Origin: an uncultured Burkholderiaceae bacterium
GTDB lineage: Bacteria; Pseudomonadota; Gammaproteobacteria; Burkholderiales; Burkholderiaceae_F
Direction: 5' to 3'
DNA length: 64,000 nt
Assembly (NCBI GenBank): GCA_964512305.1
Contig: CAZEIW010000026.1
Location: forward strand, 6,582-70,581
Position numbers and translations under genes: made by a program. The notes below the pieces were generated by a model that was given only the letters and a program-made list of their open reading frames with translations, was not told the DNA's origin and searched no databases. This document shows positions 28,280 through 40,503 of the stretch, one piece after another. The stretch's first letter is position 1. The number at the start of each line of letters is the position of its first letter.

Positions 28280-28280
<1 letters not shown>
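26931..28280 (-). CDS. aceF: Dihydrolipoyllysine-residue acetyltransferase (PDH E2), single lipoyl domain
   Basis: The start overlaps the aceE stop (TGATG). Contains [11 protein letters not shown]...[12 protein letters not shown], the E3-binding segment [16 protein letters not shown], and the catalytic [13 protein letters not shown]. Confidence 0.93.
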
Positions 28281-30982
<2,702 letters not shown>

Positions 30983-31035
30983 TTGAGGTCTCCTCCCGGC
31001 GTTTTGGACGCGGCATCGGCCGACGTGGCGGCGCT

Positions 31036-31100
31036 ACTGTATCAGCGGTGAACTCACATTTCAAATAATGACATTAATATTCATAATATGAAATTTAAGG
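31036..31100 (-). promoter_or_regulatory. Candidate aceE promoter with an AT-rich palindromic operator or UP-like element
   Basis: On the minus strand: TTGAAA (31064-31059), a 17-nt spacer, then TACAGT (31041-31036). An 11/13 inverted repeat, atttcaaataatg (31058-31070) and cataatatgaaat (31082-31094), sits in a roughly 45-nt stretch that is almost pure A/T in a 70% GC genome. Confidence 0.45.
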
Positions 31101-31209
31101 TCCTGGAGAGGCCGCAGCAAGGCCCTTCGGCCCCCCGCACCGCGCGCCAGCGTAGCGCAGCAGGCGAAGCTCTGCTGGCTGTCGCGTAACATGACAGCCC
31201 CCAATCTGA

Positions 31210-33279
31210 ATGCTGCCGCCGCGGCACTCGCTTCGCGTGGATCAGGCCAACTCACTGCTTCAGCTCGACGGCCCGGCGCCGTTCGATCGCTTCGCGGCGG
31301 CCGACGTGACACCGGCGATCGAAGCGCTGCTCGCGCAGTGCCGGTCTACCGTCGAGCAGGTGTGCGCCGCGAGCGGCGAGCCGGACTGGGACACGGTGGT
31401 CGAGCCGATCGAGGCCACCACGCAGCCGCTCTCGCGCGCCTGGGCCGTGGTGTCGCACCTGAACTCGGTCGCCGACACCGAGGCGCTCAGGGTCCAGTAC
31501 AACGAGAATCTGCCGAAGCTCACGGCGTTCTGGACCGAGCTGTCGCAGAACCTCGCCCTGTACGACCGTTACCGGCGGATCTCGGCGCAGCCGGCGTTCG
31601 TGCGCGCGCCGGCGGCCCGCCGGCGCACGATCGACAACGAGCTGCGCGACTTCCGCCTGGGCGGGGCCGAGCTCGACGAGCCTAGCCGGCGGCGGCTGCG
31701 CGAGTTGCGCGAGCGCCAGTCGCAGGTGTCGACGCGCTTCGCCGAGAACGTGCTCGATGCCACGAACGCGTTCGCGCTGTGGCTGGAGCCGGCGGATCTC
31801 GCCGGGATCCCCGAAGACGTCGTCGCCCACTACCGCGAGACCGCGCAGGCGGACGGGCGCGACGGCTTCAAGCTGACGCTGCATGCGCCGAGCTATGTGC
31901 CGGCGATGCAGTACGCGCACGACCGCTCGCTGCGGCAGCGGCTGTACCGGGCGTACTCGACCCGTGCGTCGGAATTCGGCCCGCCGAAATGGGACAACAC
32001 CGGCCCGATGCTCGAACTGCTGCGGCTGCGCGCCGAGCAGGCGTGCCTGCTCGGCTATCGCAACTACGCCGAGCTGTCGTTGGTGCCCAAAATGGCGCGC
32101 ACGCCGGCCGAGGTGCTCGACTTCCTGCGCGACCTGTCGCGCCGCTCCAAGCCCCAAGCGCAGCGCGATCTGCACGAGCTGCGGGAATTCGCGGCGCGCG
32201 AGCTCGGCCTGCCGGAGCTGCAGGCCTGGGACATCTCCTACGCGTCCGAGCACCTGCGCGAGGCGCGCTATTCGTACTCCGACCAGGAATTGAGGCCGTA
32301 TTTTCCGATCGACCGCGTGCTCGCCGGGCTGTTCGAGCTGATCGGGCGGCTGTTCGCGGTGGCGATCCGGCCCGACCGGGCGCCGGTGTGGCATCCCGAT
32401 GTCCGCTTCTACCGCGTCGAGTCTCCGCGCGGCGAACTGCTCGGGCAGTTCTACCTCGACCTGTATGCGCGCCCGCACAAGCAAGGGGGCGCCTGGCAGG
32501 ACGACGCGCGCAGCCGCTGGCAGCACCACGGCGTCCTGCAGACGCCGGTGTCGTTCCTGACCTGCAATTTCTCGCCGCCCGTCGCGGGCAAGCCGGCGCT
32601 GCTCACGCACGACGAGGTCTCGACGCTGCTGCACGAGTTCGGCCATGGCCTGCACCACCTGCTCACGCGCGTCGACGAGCCGCAGGTGTCGGGCATCCAC
32701 GGGGTCGAGTGGGACGCCGTCGAGCTGCCGAGCCAGTTTCTCGAGAATTTCGGCTGGCAGTGGGACGCGCTGCGCGGGTTCAGTGGCCACGTCGACACCG
32801 GCGAGCCCCTGCCGAGGGAGCTGTTCGACCGGGTGCTGGCGGCCAGGAACTTCCAGAGCGGCATGCACCTCGCGCGGCAGATCGAATTCGGCCTGTTCGA
32901 CATGCGGCTGCACGCCGAATTCGACCCGGCCGGCGCCGACGCGGCCGCGCTGCTGGCGCTGCTGCGCGATGTGCGGCAGGAGGTCGCTGTGGTGTTCCCG
33001 CCCGAGGACAACCGCAGCGAGCACAGCTTCATGCACATCTTCTCGGGCGGCTACTCGGCCGGGTACTACAGCTACCTGTGGGCCGAGGTGCTCTCGGCCG
33101 ACTGCTTCGGCGCCTTCGAGGAGCAACCGCCCGAGGCTTATCCCGCGCTCGGCCGCCGCTTCCTCGACGCGGTGCTGGCGGTGGGGGGCAGCCGGCCGGC
33201 GATCGAGTCGTTCACCGACTTTCGCGGCCGGGCCCCGACACTGGACGCCCTGCTGCGCCAGTACGGCATCGCGCCCTGA
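31210..33279 (+). CDS. prlC: Oligopeptidase A (M3 family zinc metallopeptidase)
   Basis: Zinc motif LLHEFGHGLHHLL with downstream VEWDAVELPSQFLEN, plus HIFSGGYSAGYYSYLWAE. 689 aa; the start could be a few codons downstream. Confidence 0.92.
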   Translation: MLPPRHSLRVDQANSLLQLDGPAPFDRFAAADVTPAIEALLAQCRSTVEQVCAASGEPDWDTVVEPIEATTQPLSRAWAVVSHLNSVADTEALRVQYNENLPKLTAFWTELSQNLALYDRYRRISAQPAFVRAPAARRRTIDNELRDFRLGGAELDEPSRRRLRELRERQSQVSTRFAENVLDATNAFALWLEPADLAGIPEDVVAHYRETAQADGRDGFKLTLHAPSYVPAMQYAHDRSLRQRLYRAYSTRASEFGPPKWDNTGPMLELLRLRAEQACLLGYRNYAELSLVPKMARTPAEVLDFLRDLSRRSKPQAQRDLHELREFAARELGLPELQAWDISYASEHLREARYSYSDQELRPYFPIDRVLAGLFELIGRLFAVAIRPDRAPVWHPDVRFYRVESPRGELLGQFYLDLYARPHKQGGAWQDDARSRWQHHGVLQTPVSFLTCNFSPPVAGKPALLTHDEVSTLLHEFGHGLHHLLTRVDEPQVSGIHGVEWDAVELPSQFLENFGWQWDALRGFSGHVDTGEPLPRELFDRVLAARNFQSGMHLARQIEFGLFDMRLHAEFDPAGADAAALLALLRDVRQEVAVVFPPEDNRSEHSFMHIFSGGYSAGYYSYLWAEVLSADCFGAFEEQPPEAYPALGRRFLDAVLAVGGSRPAIESFTDFRGRAPTLDALLRQYGIAP

Positions 33280-33332
33280 ACGGCAGCGGTCGACCGCACC
33301 GCCTTGGTGCGGTCCGTCTCAGCATGTTCAAC

Positions 33333-33372
33333 GTGAATGCGACATGTCATCCATGTTGCAGCGCGATGTAAC
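33333..33372 (+). promoter_or_regulatory. Candidate Pho box (PhoB binding site) upstream of pstS
   Basis: Four heptamers with 11-nt phasing: gtgaatg (33333), atgtcat (33344), gttgcag (33355), atgtaac (33366). They resemble CTGTCAT repeats, are followed by an A/T-rich -10-like aaatatt, and lie about 65 nt upstream of the pstS ATG. Confidence 0.4.
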
Positions 33373-33436
33373 CTCCCTGAAATATTCGAATCCTAGAGTC
33401 GCGGGCGCACCCCCATCCCGAATTCGAGGAGTCCTC

Positions 33437-34456
33437 ATGCTCGCAAAGCTGAAGTCCGGCTGGATCGCACTCGCGGTCGCCGGTTCGATGTTCGCCGGGT
33501 CGGCTGTCGCAGCCGAGATCACCGGCGCCGGATCGACGTTCGTCTACCCCCTGCTCTCGCGCTGGTCCGCCGACTACAGCACCGCCACCGGAACCAAGAT
33601 CAACTACCAGTCGATCGGATCGGGGGGCGGCATCGCGCAGATCAAGGCCGCGACCGTCGATTTCGGGGCCTCGGACAAGCCGCTTGCTTCCGATGAGCTG
33701 GCAACCGCCGGGCTGGCGCAGTTCCCGGTCGTGATCGGCGGCGTCGTGCCGGTGGTCAACATCGAGGGCGTCGGGCCGGGCCAGCTGCGCCTGGACGGCG
33801 CGACGCTGGCGAACATCTACCTGGGCAAGATCGCCAAGTGGAACGACGCGGCGATCGCCGCGCTGAACCCGGGCCTGAAGCTCAGCGACGACGCGATCTC
33901 GGTGGTCCATCGCTCCGACGGCTCGGGTACCACGTTCAACTTCGCCGACTACCTGACGAAGGTCAGCGAAGAGTGGAAGGCCAAGGTCGGCGAAGGCACC
34001 TCGGTGCAATGGCCGGTCGGGGTCGGCGGCAAGGGCAACGAGGGCGTATCGGCCTACGTCAAGCAGATCAAGAACTCGATCGGCTATGTCGAGCTCGCCT
34101 ACGCGCTGCAGAACAAGATGGCGTACACGGCGCTGAAGAACCGGGCCGGCAACGTCGTCCAGCCGAGCCTCGAGACCTTCGAGGCCGCGGCGGCCAGCGC
34201 CGACTGGTCGAAGGTCAAGGACTTCAACCTGGTGATCACCGACGCGCCAGGCGCGCAGTCGTGGCCGATCGCGGCGAGCGTTTTCGTGATCATGTATCGG
34301 CAGCCCAAGGACGCGACGCGGACGCGTTCCACGCTCGAATTCTTCAAGTGGTCGCTCGAGAACGGACAGTCGCAGGCCAAGTCGCTCGACTACGTGGCGC
34401 TGCCGCCGGCGCTGGTCAAGAGCATCGAGGCATACTGGGGCACGGAGATCAAGTAG
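33437..34456 (+). CDS. pstS: Phosphate ABC transporter substrate-binding protein
   Basis: ATG 33437 follows gagga. Signal peptide MLAKLKSGWIALAVAGSMFAGSAVAA. ITGAGSTFVYPL, YQSIGSGGG, RSDGSGTTFNF. Confidence 0.93.
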   Translation: MLAKLKSGWIALAVAGSMFAGSAVAAEITGAGSTFVYPLLSRWSADYSTATGTKINYQSIGSGGGIAQIKAATVDFGASDKPLASDELATAGLAQFPVVIGGVVPVVNIEGVGPGQLRLDGATLANIYLGKIAKWNDAAIAALNPGLKLSDDAISVVHRSDGSGTTFNFADYLTKVSEEWKAKVGEGTSVQWPVGVGGKGNEGVSAYVKQIKNSIGYVELAYALQNKMAYTALKNRAGNVVQPSLETFEAAAASADWSKVKDFNLVITDAPGAQSWPIAASVFVIMYRQPKDATRTRSTLEFFKWSLENGQSQAKSLDYVALPPALVKSIEAYWGTEIK

Positions 34457-34488
34457 GTCCGGGAAAAGAGCGGCTTACAATCGATTGG

Positions 34489-34521
34489 CCGGGGGGCATG
34501 TCAGGGCCCCCCGGTTCGTTT
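34489..34521 (+). terminator. Intercistronic GC hairpin / partial terminator between pstS and pstC
   Basis: ccgggggg (34489-34496) pairs with ccccccgg (34507-34514), followed by ttcgttt. It lies upstream of the preferred pstC ATG. Confidence 0.5.
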
Positions 34522-34535
34522 CCGCACAACGTGCC

Positions 34536-35528
34536 ATGGGTTTGACGTCAACCACGGTGCCTGAACTGTCGGTCGAGGACGCGCGCATCCACGAGCGGAT
34601 GAGCGCCGAGACGCACCAGGACGAGTTGTTCCGCGCCCTGCTGTTCGCCGCGGCCGCCCTGGTGCTGCTGGTGCTCGGCGCCGCGGCGGCGTCGATGCTG
34701 TGGGGCGGGCGCCTGGCGTTCCAGACCTTCGGCTGGAAGTTCATTGTCAGCGACGACTGGGACGCTGTCGGCCGGCAGTTCGGCGCCTTCGTCCCGATCT
34801 ACGGCACGCTGGTGAGCTCGGCAATCGCGATGCTGATCGCGGTGCCGGTGAGCTTCGGCATCGCGCTGTTCCTGACCGAGATCGCGCCGGGCTGGTTGCA
34901 AGGCCCGATCGCCGCTGCGGTCGAGTTGCTGGCCGGCATTCCCTCGATCATCTACGGCATGTGGGGTCTGTTCTCGTTCGTGCCATTCATGGCGGACCAC
35001 GTCCTGCCGTGGATCAATGCCCACCTTGGCGTCCTGCCGTGGATCGGGCCGCTGTTCAAGGGGCCCCCGCTGGGGATCGGCATGCTGACCGCGGGCATCG
35101 TGCTCGGCATCATGGTGATCCCGTTCATCTCGTCGGTGATGCGCGACGTCTTCCGCACCGTGCCCGCGGCGCTGAAGGAATCGGCGTACGCGCTCGGCTC
35201 GACCACCTGGGAAGTGGTGTGGAAGGTCGTGCTGCCGTATACGCGCTCGGCGGTCGTCGGCGGCATTTTCCTCGGCCTCGGGCGCGCGCTGGGGGAGACC
35301 ATGGCCGTGACCTTCGTGCTCGGCAATGCGCACCAGCTCAGCGCCTCGTTGCTGATGCCCGGCAACTCGATCGCCGCGACGATCGCCAACGAGTTCACCG
35401 AGGCCGATTCGGACATCTACCTGTCGTCGCTGATCGCGCTCGGCTTCCTGCTGTTCGTGGTCACCTTCGTGGTGCTGGCGATCGCGCGCCTGATGCTGCA
35501 CCGCCTGGCGCGCCAGGAGGGCCGCTGA
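34536..35528 (+). CDS. pstC: Phosphate ABC transporter permease PstC
   Basis: ATG 34536 (MGLTSTT...). Polytopic, with the EAA-like loop ESAYALGSTTWEVVWKVVLP. The TTG 34485 start in the track would include the hairpin. Confidence 0.92.
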   Translation: MGLTSTTVPELSVEDARIHERMSAETHQDELFRALLFAAAALVLLVLGAAAASMLWGGRLAFQTFGWKFIVSDDWDAVGRQFGAFVPIYGTLVSSAIAMLIAVPVSFGIALFLTEIAPGWLQGPIAAAVELLAGIPSIIYGMWGLFSFVPFMADHVLPWINAHLGVLPWIGPLFKGPPLGIGMLTAGIVLGIMVIPFISSVMRDVFRTVPAALKESAYALGSTTWEVVWKVVLPYTRSAVVGGIFLGLGRALGETMAVTFVLGNAHQLSASLLMPGNSIAATIANEFTEADSDIYLSSLIALGFLLFVVTFVVLAIARLMLHRLARQEGR

Positions 35529-36394
35529 TGGTTTCGATCACGAGCCGCGGCTACCGGCGCCGGCGCGCGGTCAACGTGATCGCGAAGCTGCTGGGCATCG
35601 CCGCGACGCTGTTCGGGCTGTTCTGGCTCGCGTGGATCCTGGTCGTCGCGCTCGCCAACGGGGCCCGGGCCTTGAGGCTTGAGATCTTCACCCAGATGAC
35701 GCCGCCGCCGGGAGCCGAGGGCGGGCTTGCCAACGCCCTGTTCGGCAGCCTGCTGATGAGCGTGCTCGGCGTGCTGATCGGGGCCCCGCTCGGCGTCGCG
35801 GCCGGCACCTACCTGTCCGAGTTCGCCGAGCGGCGCCCCGCCTTGCGCGAGGCCGTCCGCTTCGTCAACGACATCCTGCTGTCGGCGCCGTCGATCGTGC
35901 TCGGCCTGTTCGTCTACACGTTGGTGGTGCGGCAGATCGGCCATTTCTCGGGCTGGGCGGGCGCGATCGCGCTGTCGCTGATCGTGCTGCCGGTCGTGGT
36001 CCGCACCACCGACGAGACCCTGCGCCTGGTTCCGAACGTGATGCGGGAGGCGGCCCTCTCGCTCGGCATCCCGCGCTGGAAGGTCACGCTGCAGGTGCTG
36101 TACCGCGCCGCGGCGCCGGGCATTCTGACCGGGATCCTGCTCGGTCTGGCGCGCATCAGCGGCGAAACCGCGCCCCTGCTGTTCACCGCGCTCAACAACC
36201 AGTACTGGAGCGGCAACTTCAACGGGCCGACGGCCAGCGTCCCGGTCGTGATCTTCCAGTTCGCGATGAGCCCTTACGACGCCTGGCATTCGCTCGCCTG
36301 GGCGGGCGCCTTCATCGTGACGATGTTCGTGCTGCTGCTGAGCGTCGGCGCGCGTGCCTACCTGTTGAGGAACCGGATCGATTCCGCCGGCTGA
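35528..36394 (+). CDS. pstA: Phosphate ABC transporter permease PstA
   Basis: The ATG overlaps the pstC stop (TGATG). Contains [19 protein letters not shown] and [13 protein letters not shown]. Confidence 0.92.
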   Translation: MVSITSRGYRRRRAVNVIAKLLGIAATLFGLFWLAWILVVALANGARALRLEIFTQMTPPPGAEGGLANALFGSLLMSVLGVLIGAPLGVAAGTYLSEFAERRPALREAVRFVNDILLSAPSIVLGLFVYTLVVRQIGHFSGWAGAIALSLIVLPVVVRTTDETLRLVPNVMREAALSLGIPRWKVTLQVLYRAAAPGILTGILLGLARISGETAPLLFTALNNQYWSGNFNGPTASVPVVIFQFAMSPYDAWHSLAWAGAFIVTMFVLLLSVGARAYLLRNRIDSAG

Positions 36395-36399
36395 GCCCG

Positions 36400-37194
36400 A
36401 TGAACGCCTTCGTCGACGATGGCCTGCAGCCGGCACCCCAACGCACCAAGATCTCGGTGCGCGGGCTGGACTTCTTCTACGGCGGCTACCACGCGCTGAA
36501 GAACGTCAATTTCGACATCCCGGAGCGGCGGGTGACCGCGATCATCGGACCCTCCGGCTGCGGCAAGTCGACGCTGCTGCGCGTGCTCAACCGGATCTAC
36601 TCCGTCTACGCGGGGCTGGAGGCCACCGGCCAGGTGCTGCTCGACGGCGAGAACGTGCTCGACCCGTCGTACTCGCTCAACCGGCTGCGCACGCGGGTCG
36701 GGATGGTGTTCCAGAAGCCGGTCCCGTTTCCGCTGTCGATCTACGAGAACGTCGCCTACGGCCTGCGCCATCACGTGAAGCTGTCGCGCACCGAGCTCGA
36801 CGAGCGCGTGGAGCGCGCGCTGCGCGAGTGCGCGCTGTGGGAGGAGGTCAAGGCCAAGCTGAACCAGAGCGGCCTGAGCCTGTCGGGCGGCCAGCAGCAG
36901 CGCCTGTGCATCGCGCGCGCGGTGGCGCTGCGGCCGCAGGTGCTGCTGCTCGACGAGCCGACCTCGGCGCTCGACCCGATCGCGACCGGGCGCATCGAGC
37001 AGCTGCTCGCCGATCTCGAGCGCGACTACACGATCGTGATCGTCACCCACAACATGCAGCAGGCCGCGCGCGTTTCCGCGTACACCGCCTACATGTACCT
37101 GGGCGAACTGATCGAGTTCGGCGTCACCGCCGACCTGTTCACCCGTCCGCAGCAGCGGCAGACCGAGGACTACATCACCGGACGGTTCGGCTAG
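36400..37194 (+). CDS. pstB: Phosphate ABC transporter ATP-binding protein
   Basis: Walker [10 protein letters not shown], signature [14 protein letters not shown], Walker [12 protein letters not shown], and the C-terminal [10 protein letters not shown] typical of PstB. Confidence 0.95.
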   Translation: MNAFVDDGLQPAPQRTKISVRGLDFFYGGYHALKNVNFDIPERRVTAIIGPSGCGKSTLLRVLNRIYSVYAGLEATGQVLLDGENVLDPSYSLNRLRTRVGMVFQKPVPFPLSIYENVAYGLRHHVKLSRTELDERVERALRECALWEEVKAKLNQSGLSLSGGQQQRLCIARAVALRPQVLLLDEPTSALDPIATGRIEQLLADLERDYTIVIVTHNMQQAARVSAYTAYMYLGELIEFGVTADLFTRPQQRQTEDYITGRFG

Positions 37195-37261
37195 GGCGTT
37201 TGCGCGGTCGCCGGTTTTCCTGCGACCATAGGGGTCCGCTACGCTGCTCCCGCACCGACCC

Positions 37262-37840
37262 ATGCGCGCCGCCCTCACCGCCCTGCTCCTTGCATCGATC
37301 GCCACCGGCGCCGCTGCGCAGTACCGTTGGGTCGACCGCTCCGGCCAGGTCGGTTACGGCGACCAGCCGCCTCCCGGCGCGCACGACGTCGAGCGGGTGG
37401 GCGCGCTGCGTCCTTCCGATGGCCGCGCGGCCGATCCGCTGCGCGGCCTGCCGTTCGAGCTGCGCCGCGCCGCCGAACGGTTCCCCACGGTGCTCTACGT
37501 CACGAAGAGCTGCGCGCCGTGCGACGCCGGCCGCGAGCTGCTGCGGTCACGCTCGATCCCCTTCACGGAGCTGACGATCTCGACCGTGCCCGACGTCGAA
37601 GCCTTGCGCCGGCTTACCGGCGCCGACCGGCTGCCGGTGCTCACGGTCGGGCGCCAGATGATCAACGAATTCAACGCCGCGCAGTGGCAGGACGCGCTCG
37701 ACGCCGCCGGCTATCCGCGCGAATCCATCCTGCCGCCTGACTGGCGCTGGCCCGAGCCCAGGCCGCTCACCGAGCCTCCGGCGCCGCGGGTCGCGGCGCC
37801 GGAGGCCGCGCCGGCAGCCACACCCGGTTCCCAGCCGTAA
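37262..37840 (+). CDS. Exported DUF4124 / glutaredoxin-fold protein
   Basis: Signal peptide MRAALTALLLASIATGAAAQ. YRWVDRSGQVGYGDQPP is DUF4124-like. VLYVTKSCAPCDAGRELL is a CxxC site on a glutaredoxin-like fold. Pro-rich tail. Confidence 0.75.
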   Translation: MRAALTALLLASIATGAAAQYRWVDRSGQVGYGDQPPPGAHDVERVGALRPSDGRAADPLRGLPFELRRAAERFPTVLYVTKSCAPCDAGRELLRSRSIPFTELTISTVPDVEALRRLTGADRLPVLTVGRQMINEFNAAQWQDALDAAGYPRESILPPDWRWPEPRPLTEPPAPRVAAPEAAPAATPGSQP

Positions 37841-37859
37841 CGCCGCAGGACTGCTGAGC

Positions 37860-38657
37860 GTGGCGATCTCGATCGCGACCTGGAACGTGAATTCGCTGAA
37901 GGTGCGCCTCGGCCATCTGCTGCAATGGCTGGCCGCGCGCCGGGCCGACATCGTGTGCCTGCAGGAGACCAAGCTCGTCGATGAGAGCTTCCCGGCCGAC
38001 GCGCTGCTCGACGCGGGCTACCGCAGCATGTTCGCCGGGCAGAAGACGTACAACGGCGTCGCGATCCTGCTGCGCAAGGACACGATCGGCGAGCCCGGCG
38101 CGGTCCAGGTCAACGTGCCGGGCTCGGACGACCCGCAGAAGCGCCTGCTGGCACTGAGCGTCGACGGCCTGCGCATCGTGTGCGCCTACTTTCCCAACGG
38201 CCAGGCGGTCGGCAGCGACAAGTTCGCCTACAAGCTGCAGTGGATCGCCGCGCTCACCGGGTGGCTGCGCGAGGAGATCGCGCGCGAACCGCGGCTGGCG
38301 CTCGCGGGCGACTTCAACATCGCGCCCGAGCCGCGCGACGTGCACGACCCGGCGTTGTGGGAAGGACAGGTGCTGTTCTCGGAGCAGGAGCGCGCGGCGT
38401 TTCGAGCGCTGCAGTCGCTCGGCCTCGAGGACGGATTCCGCCTGTTCGAGCAACCCGAGCGCTCGTACACCTGGTGGGACTATCGCAATCTCGCGTTCCG
38501 CAGAAAAATGGGCCTGCGCATCGACCACATCCTGCTCACGCCGGCACTGGCGCGGCGCTGCACGGCCTGCTCGATCGATGTCGAGCCGCGCCGCCTCGAG
38601 CAGCCGAGCGACCACGCTCCGGTGGTCGCGACGCTCGAGCTGGCCGCGGCTTCCTAG
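37860..38657 (+). CDS. xthA: Exodeoxyribonuclease III
   Basis: GTG start. IATWNVNSLKVR, DIVCLQETK, GDFNIAP and SDHAPVV are EEP nuclease motifs. Confidence 0.92.
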   Translation: MAISIATWNVNSLKVRLGHLLQWLAARRADIVCLQETKLVDESFPADALLDAGYRSMFAGQKTYNGVAILLRKDTIGEPGAVQVNVPGSDDPQKRLLALSVDGLRIVCAYFPNGQAVGSDKFAYKLQWIAALTGWLREEIAREPRLALAGDFNIAPEPRDVHDPALWEGQVLFSEQERAAFRALQSLGLEDGFRLFEQPERSYTWWDYRNLAFRRKMGLRIDHILLTPALARRCTACSIDVEPRRLEQPSDHAPVVATLELAAAS

Positions 38658-38669
38658 GACCCGCGTCCA

Positions 38670-39371
38670 ATGCCGCTCCACATCGGCATCGCCGGCTGTT
38701 CCGCGGAGGGCGCGGCCCTGTGTTATCGGACCATCTGTGTCGAAGGCGCCCGCATTCTCGGTGCGCACGCGCATCCCGAGGTCTCGATGCACACGCCCTC
38801 GTTCGCCGACTACATGGAATTCATCTACCGCGGCGACTGGCAGGGCGTGGGGGGGCTGATGCTCGCCTCGGCCGGCAAGCTCGCGAAAATCGGCGCCGAT
38901 TTCGTGATCTGCCCCGACAACACGATCCACCAGGCGCTGCCGTTCGTGGAGCCGCGGTCGCCGCTGCCGTGGCTGCACATCGCCGAGGTCGTCGCCGCCC
39001 AGGCCGTCGGCTGCGGGTTCCGGCGGGTCGGCCTGACAGGCACGCGGTGGCTCGTCGACGGTCCGGTCTATCCGGCAAAGCTCGCGGCGCGCGGGATCGA
39101 AGTCGTTCGCCCCGACGATGCCGAGCGCGACGAGATCAACCGGATCATCATGGAAGAACTCGTCTATGGCGTCTTCAAGCCCGAGGCGGTTGCCTGCCTG
39201 CGGCGCGTGATCGGGCGCATGAAGCAGGTAGGCTGCGACGCGGTCGTGCTCGGCTGCACCGAGATCCCGTTGATCATCAACGACGGGAATTCGCCGCTGC
39301 CGACGCTCGATTCGACGCGCCTGCTCGCGCGCGCGGCGCTGCAAAGGGCGGTGCAAACGCCGCCCAACTGA
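38670..39371 (+). CDS. Aspartate/glutamate racemase family protein
   Basis: IGIAGCSAEGAALCY, ICPDNTIH and VVLGCTEIPL, giving the two catalytic Cys contexts. Confidence 0.85.
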   Translation: MPLHIGIAGCSAEGAALCYRTICVEGARILGAHAHPEVSMHTPSFADYMEFIYRGDWQGVGGLMLASAGKLAKIGADFVICPDNTIHQALPFVEPRSPLPWLHIAEVVAAQAVGCGFRRVGLTGTRWLVDGPVYPAKLAARGIEVVRPDDAERDEINRIIMEELVYGVFKPEAVACLRRVIGRMKQVGCDAVVLGCTEIPLIINDGNSPLPTLDSTRLLARAALQRAVQTPPN

Positions 39372-39380
39372 CCGCGCCTG

Positions 39381-40481
39381 TCAGCGCGCGGCAGCGCCCG
39401 CGGCCGCAAGAGGACGCACGCGCGCGAGAAGCTCTCGCAGCAACCGCTCCGGCATGGCCCACACCGCGAAGTGGCCTCCGCCCTCGAGCAGGACGAATTC
39501 CTTGCGCGGCGCCTCGATGCGGTCGAAGTACTCCCTCGCGAGCGGCGCCGGGGTGATCATGTCCTCCGACCCCTGGAAGAAGAAGACCGGGATCTCGAAC
39601 CGCAGGTCCTGCGATTCCAGGTCGGTCGACAGCATCGCCTGGTATAGCGACCAGGTCGGAACCCGCGTGAAGCCGCGGATGCGGTTGTACAGATCCCACA
39701 GCGAGTGGTTCGGGGCCCTGAAGGCGAGCCTGCCGAGCTCCGATTCGGCCATCCGGTCCGACGCCGGAGCGTACGCCCCGAGGTATCGGAAGTAGGTGGC
39801 GACCTTGTCCATGCCGTCGAACGGGGGCGCGCCGATCTTCTCGAGTTCATCCAGTGCGCGGCTGTCGTGGGCCTCGCGCGCCTTGCGCAGCACGTCCGTG
39901 TAGCCGGACTGCAGGCTTGCCGGCATGCTGCTGACCTGCCCCGTCCCCACGTACGCGAGGAACAGGTCCGGCCTTCGCCTTGCCATATCGACGCCGAGGA
40001 TCGACCCCCAGGAGTGCCCAAGCAGGACGATCCTGTCCTGATGCAGATGCCGGCGCAGATACTCCGCGACCTCGATGCCGTCGTCGGCCATGCGCCGGAT
40101 CGACATCGTGGCGGCGACCGGGTCGCCCGTCGACTCCAGGGTCTTGCCTGCGCCGCGCTGGTCCCATTGCACCACGGTGAACTGCGCCTCCCAGGGCTGG
40201 AAGAGCGCGGTCAGGGGCGTCCAGGTGCCTCCGGGTCCGCCGTGCAGGCACAGCAGAATCGGGTTGCGGCGGTCCTGCCCGCGGATTTCGATCCACTGGT
40301 CGATACCGCCGATCCTCACGTACATCGACTCCTCGATGCCGTCGGGAGCGTGGATTGCCAGGGTCCGTGCGGTGTCGTGCTGCAGGTACGCGCGCAAGCC
40401 CAGCAGCGCGACGATCGCCGCCGCGATCAGGGCCAGCACGCCCAGCAGGAGGAACTTCGCGAACCTGCCGACTCGACGCAC
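39381..40481 (-). CDS. Membrane-anchored alpha/beta hydrolase (proline iminopeptidase-like)
   Basis: TM anchor FAKFLLLGVLALIAAAIVALLGL. LLCLHGGPGG is the oxyanion motif and LLGHSWGS is the nucleophile elbow. Start uncertain: GTG 40481 is preferred, because the ATG 40586 of the track would overlap the upstream gene by 83 nt. Confidence 0.8.
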   Translation of the reverse strand: MRRVGRFAKFLLLGVLALIAAAIVALLGLRAYLQHDTARTLAIHAPDGIEESMYVRIGGIDQWIEIRGQDRRNPILLCLHGGPGGTWTPLTALFQPWEAQFTVVQWDQRGAGKTLESTGDPVAATMSIRRMADDGIEVAEYLRRHLHQDRIVLLGHSWGSILGVDMARRRPDLFLAYVGTGQVSSMPASLQSGYTDVLRKAREAHDSRALDELEKIGAPPFDGMDKVATYFRYLGAYAPASDRMAESELGRLAFRAPNHSLWDLYNRIRGFTRVPTWSLYQAMLSTDLESQDLRFEIPVFFFQGSEDMITPAPLAREYFDRIEAPRKEFVLLEGGGHFAVWAMPERLLRELLARVRPLAAAGAAAR

Positions 40482-40503
40482 GCGTGGCGACTCGTGTCGG
40501 CGC

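Noticed and set aside
34485-34535. TTG start at 34485 for pstC, as in the ORF track
   Set aside because: It would place the G8/C8 hairpin (34489-34514) inside the coding region and add a non-conserved N-terminus. ATG 34536 gives a normal PstC N-terminus.
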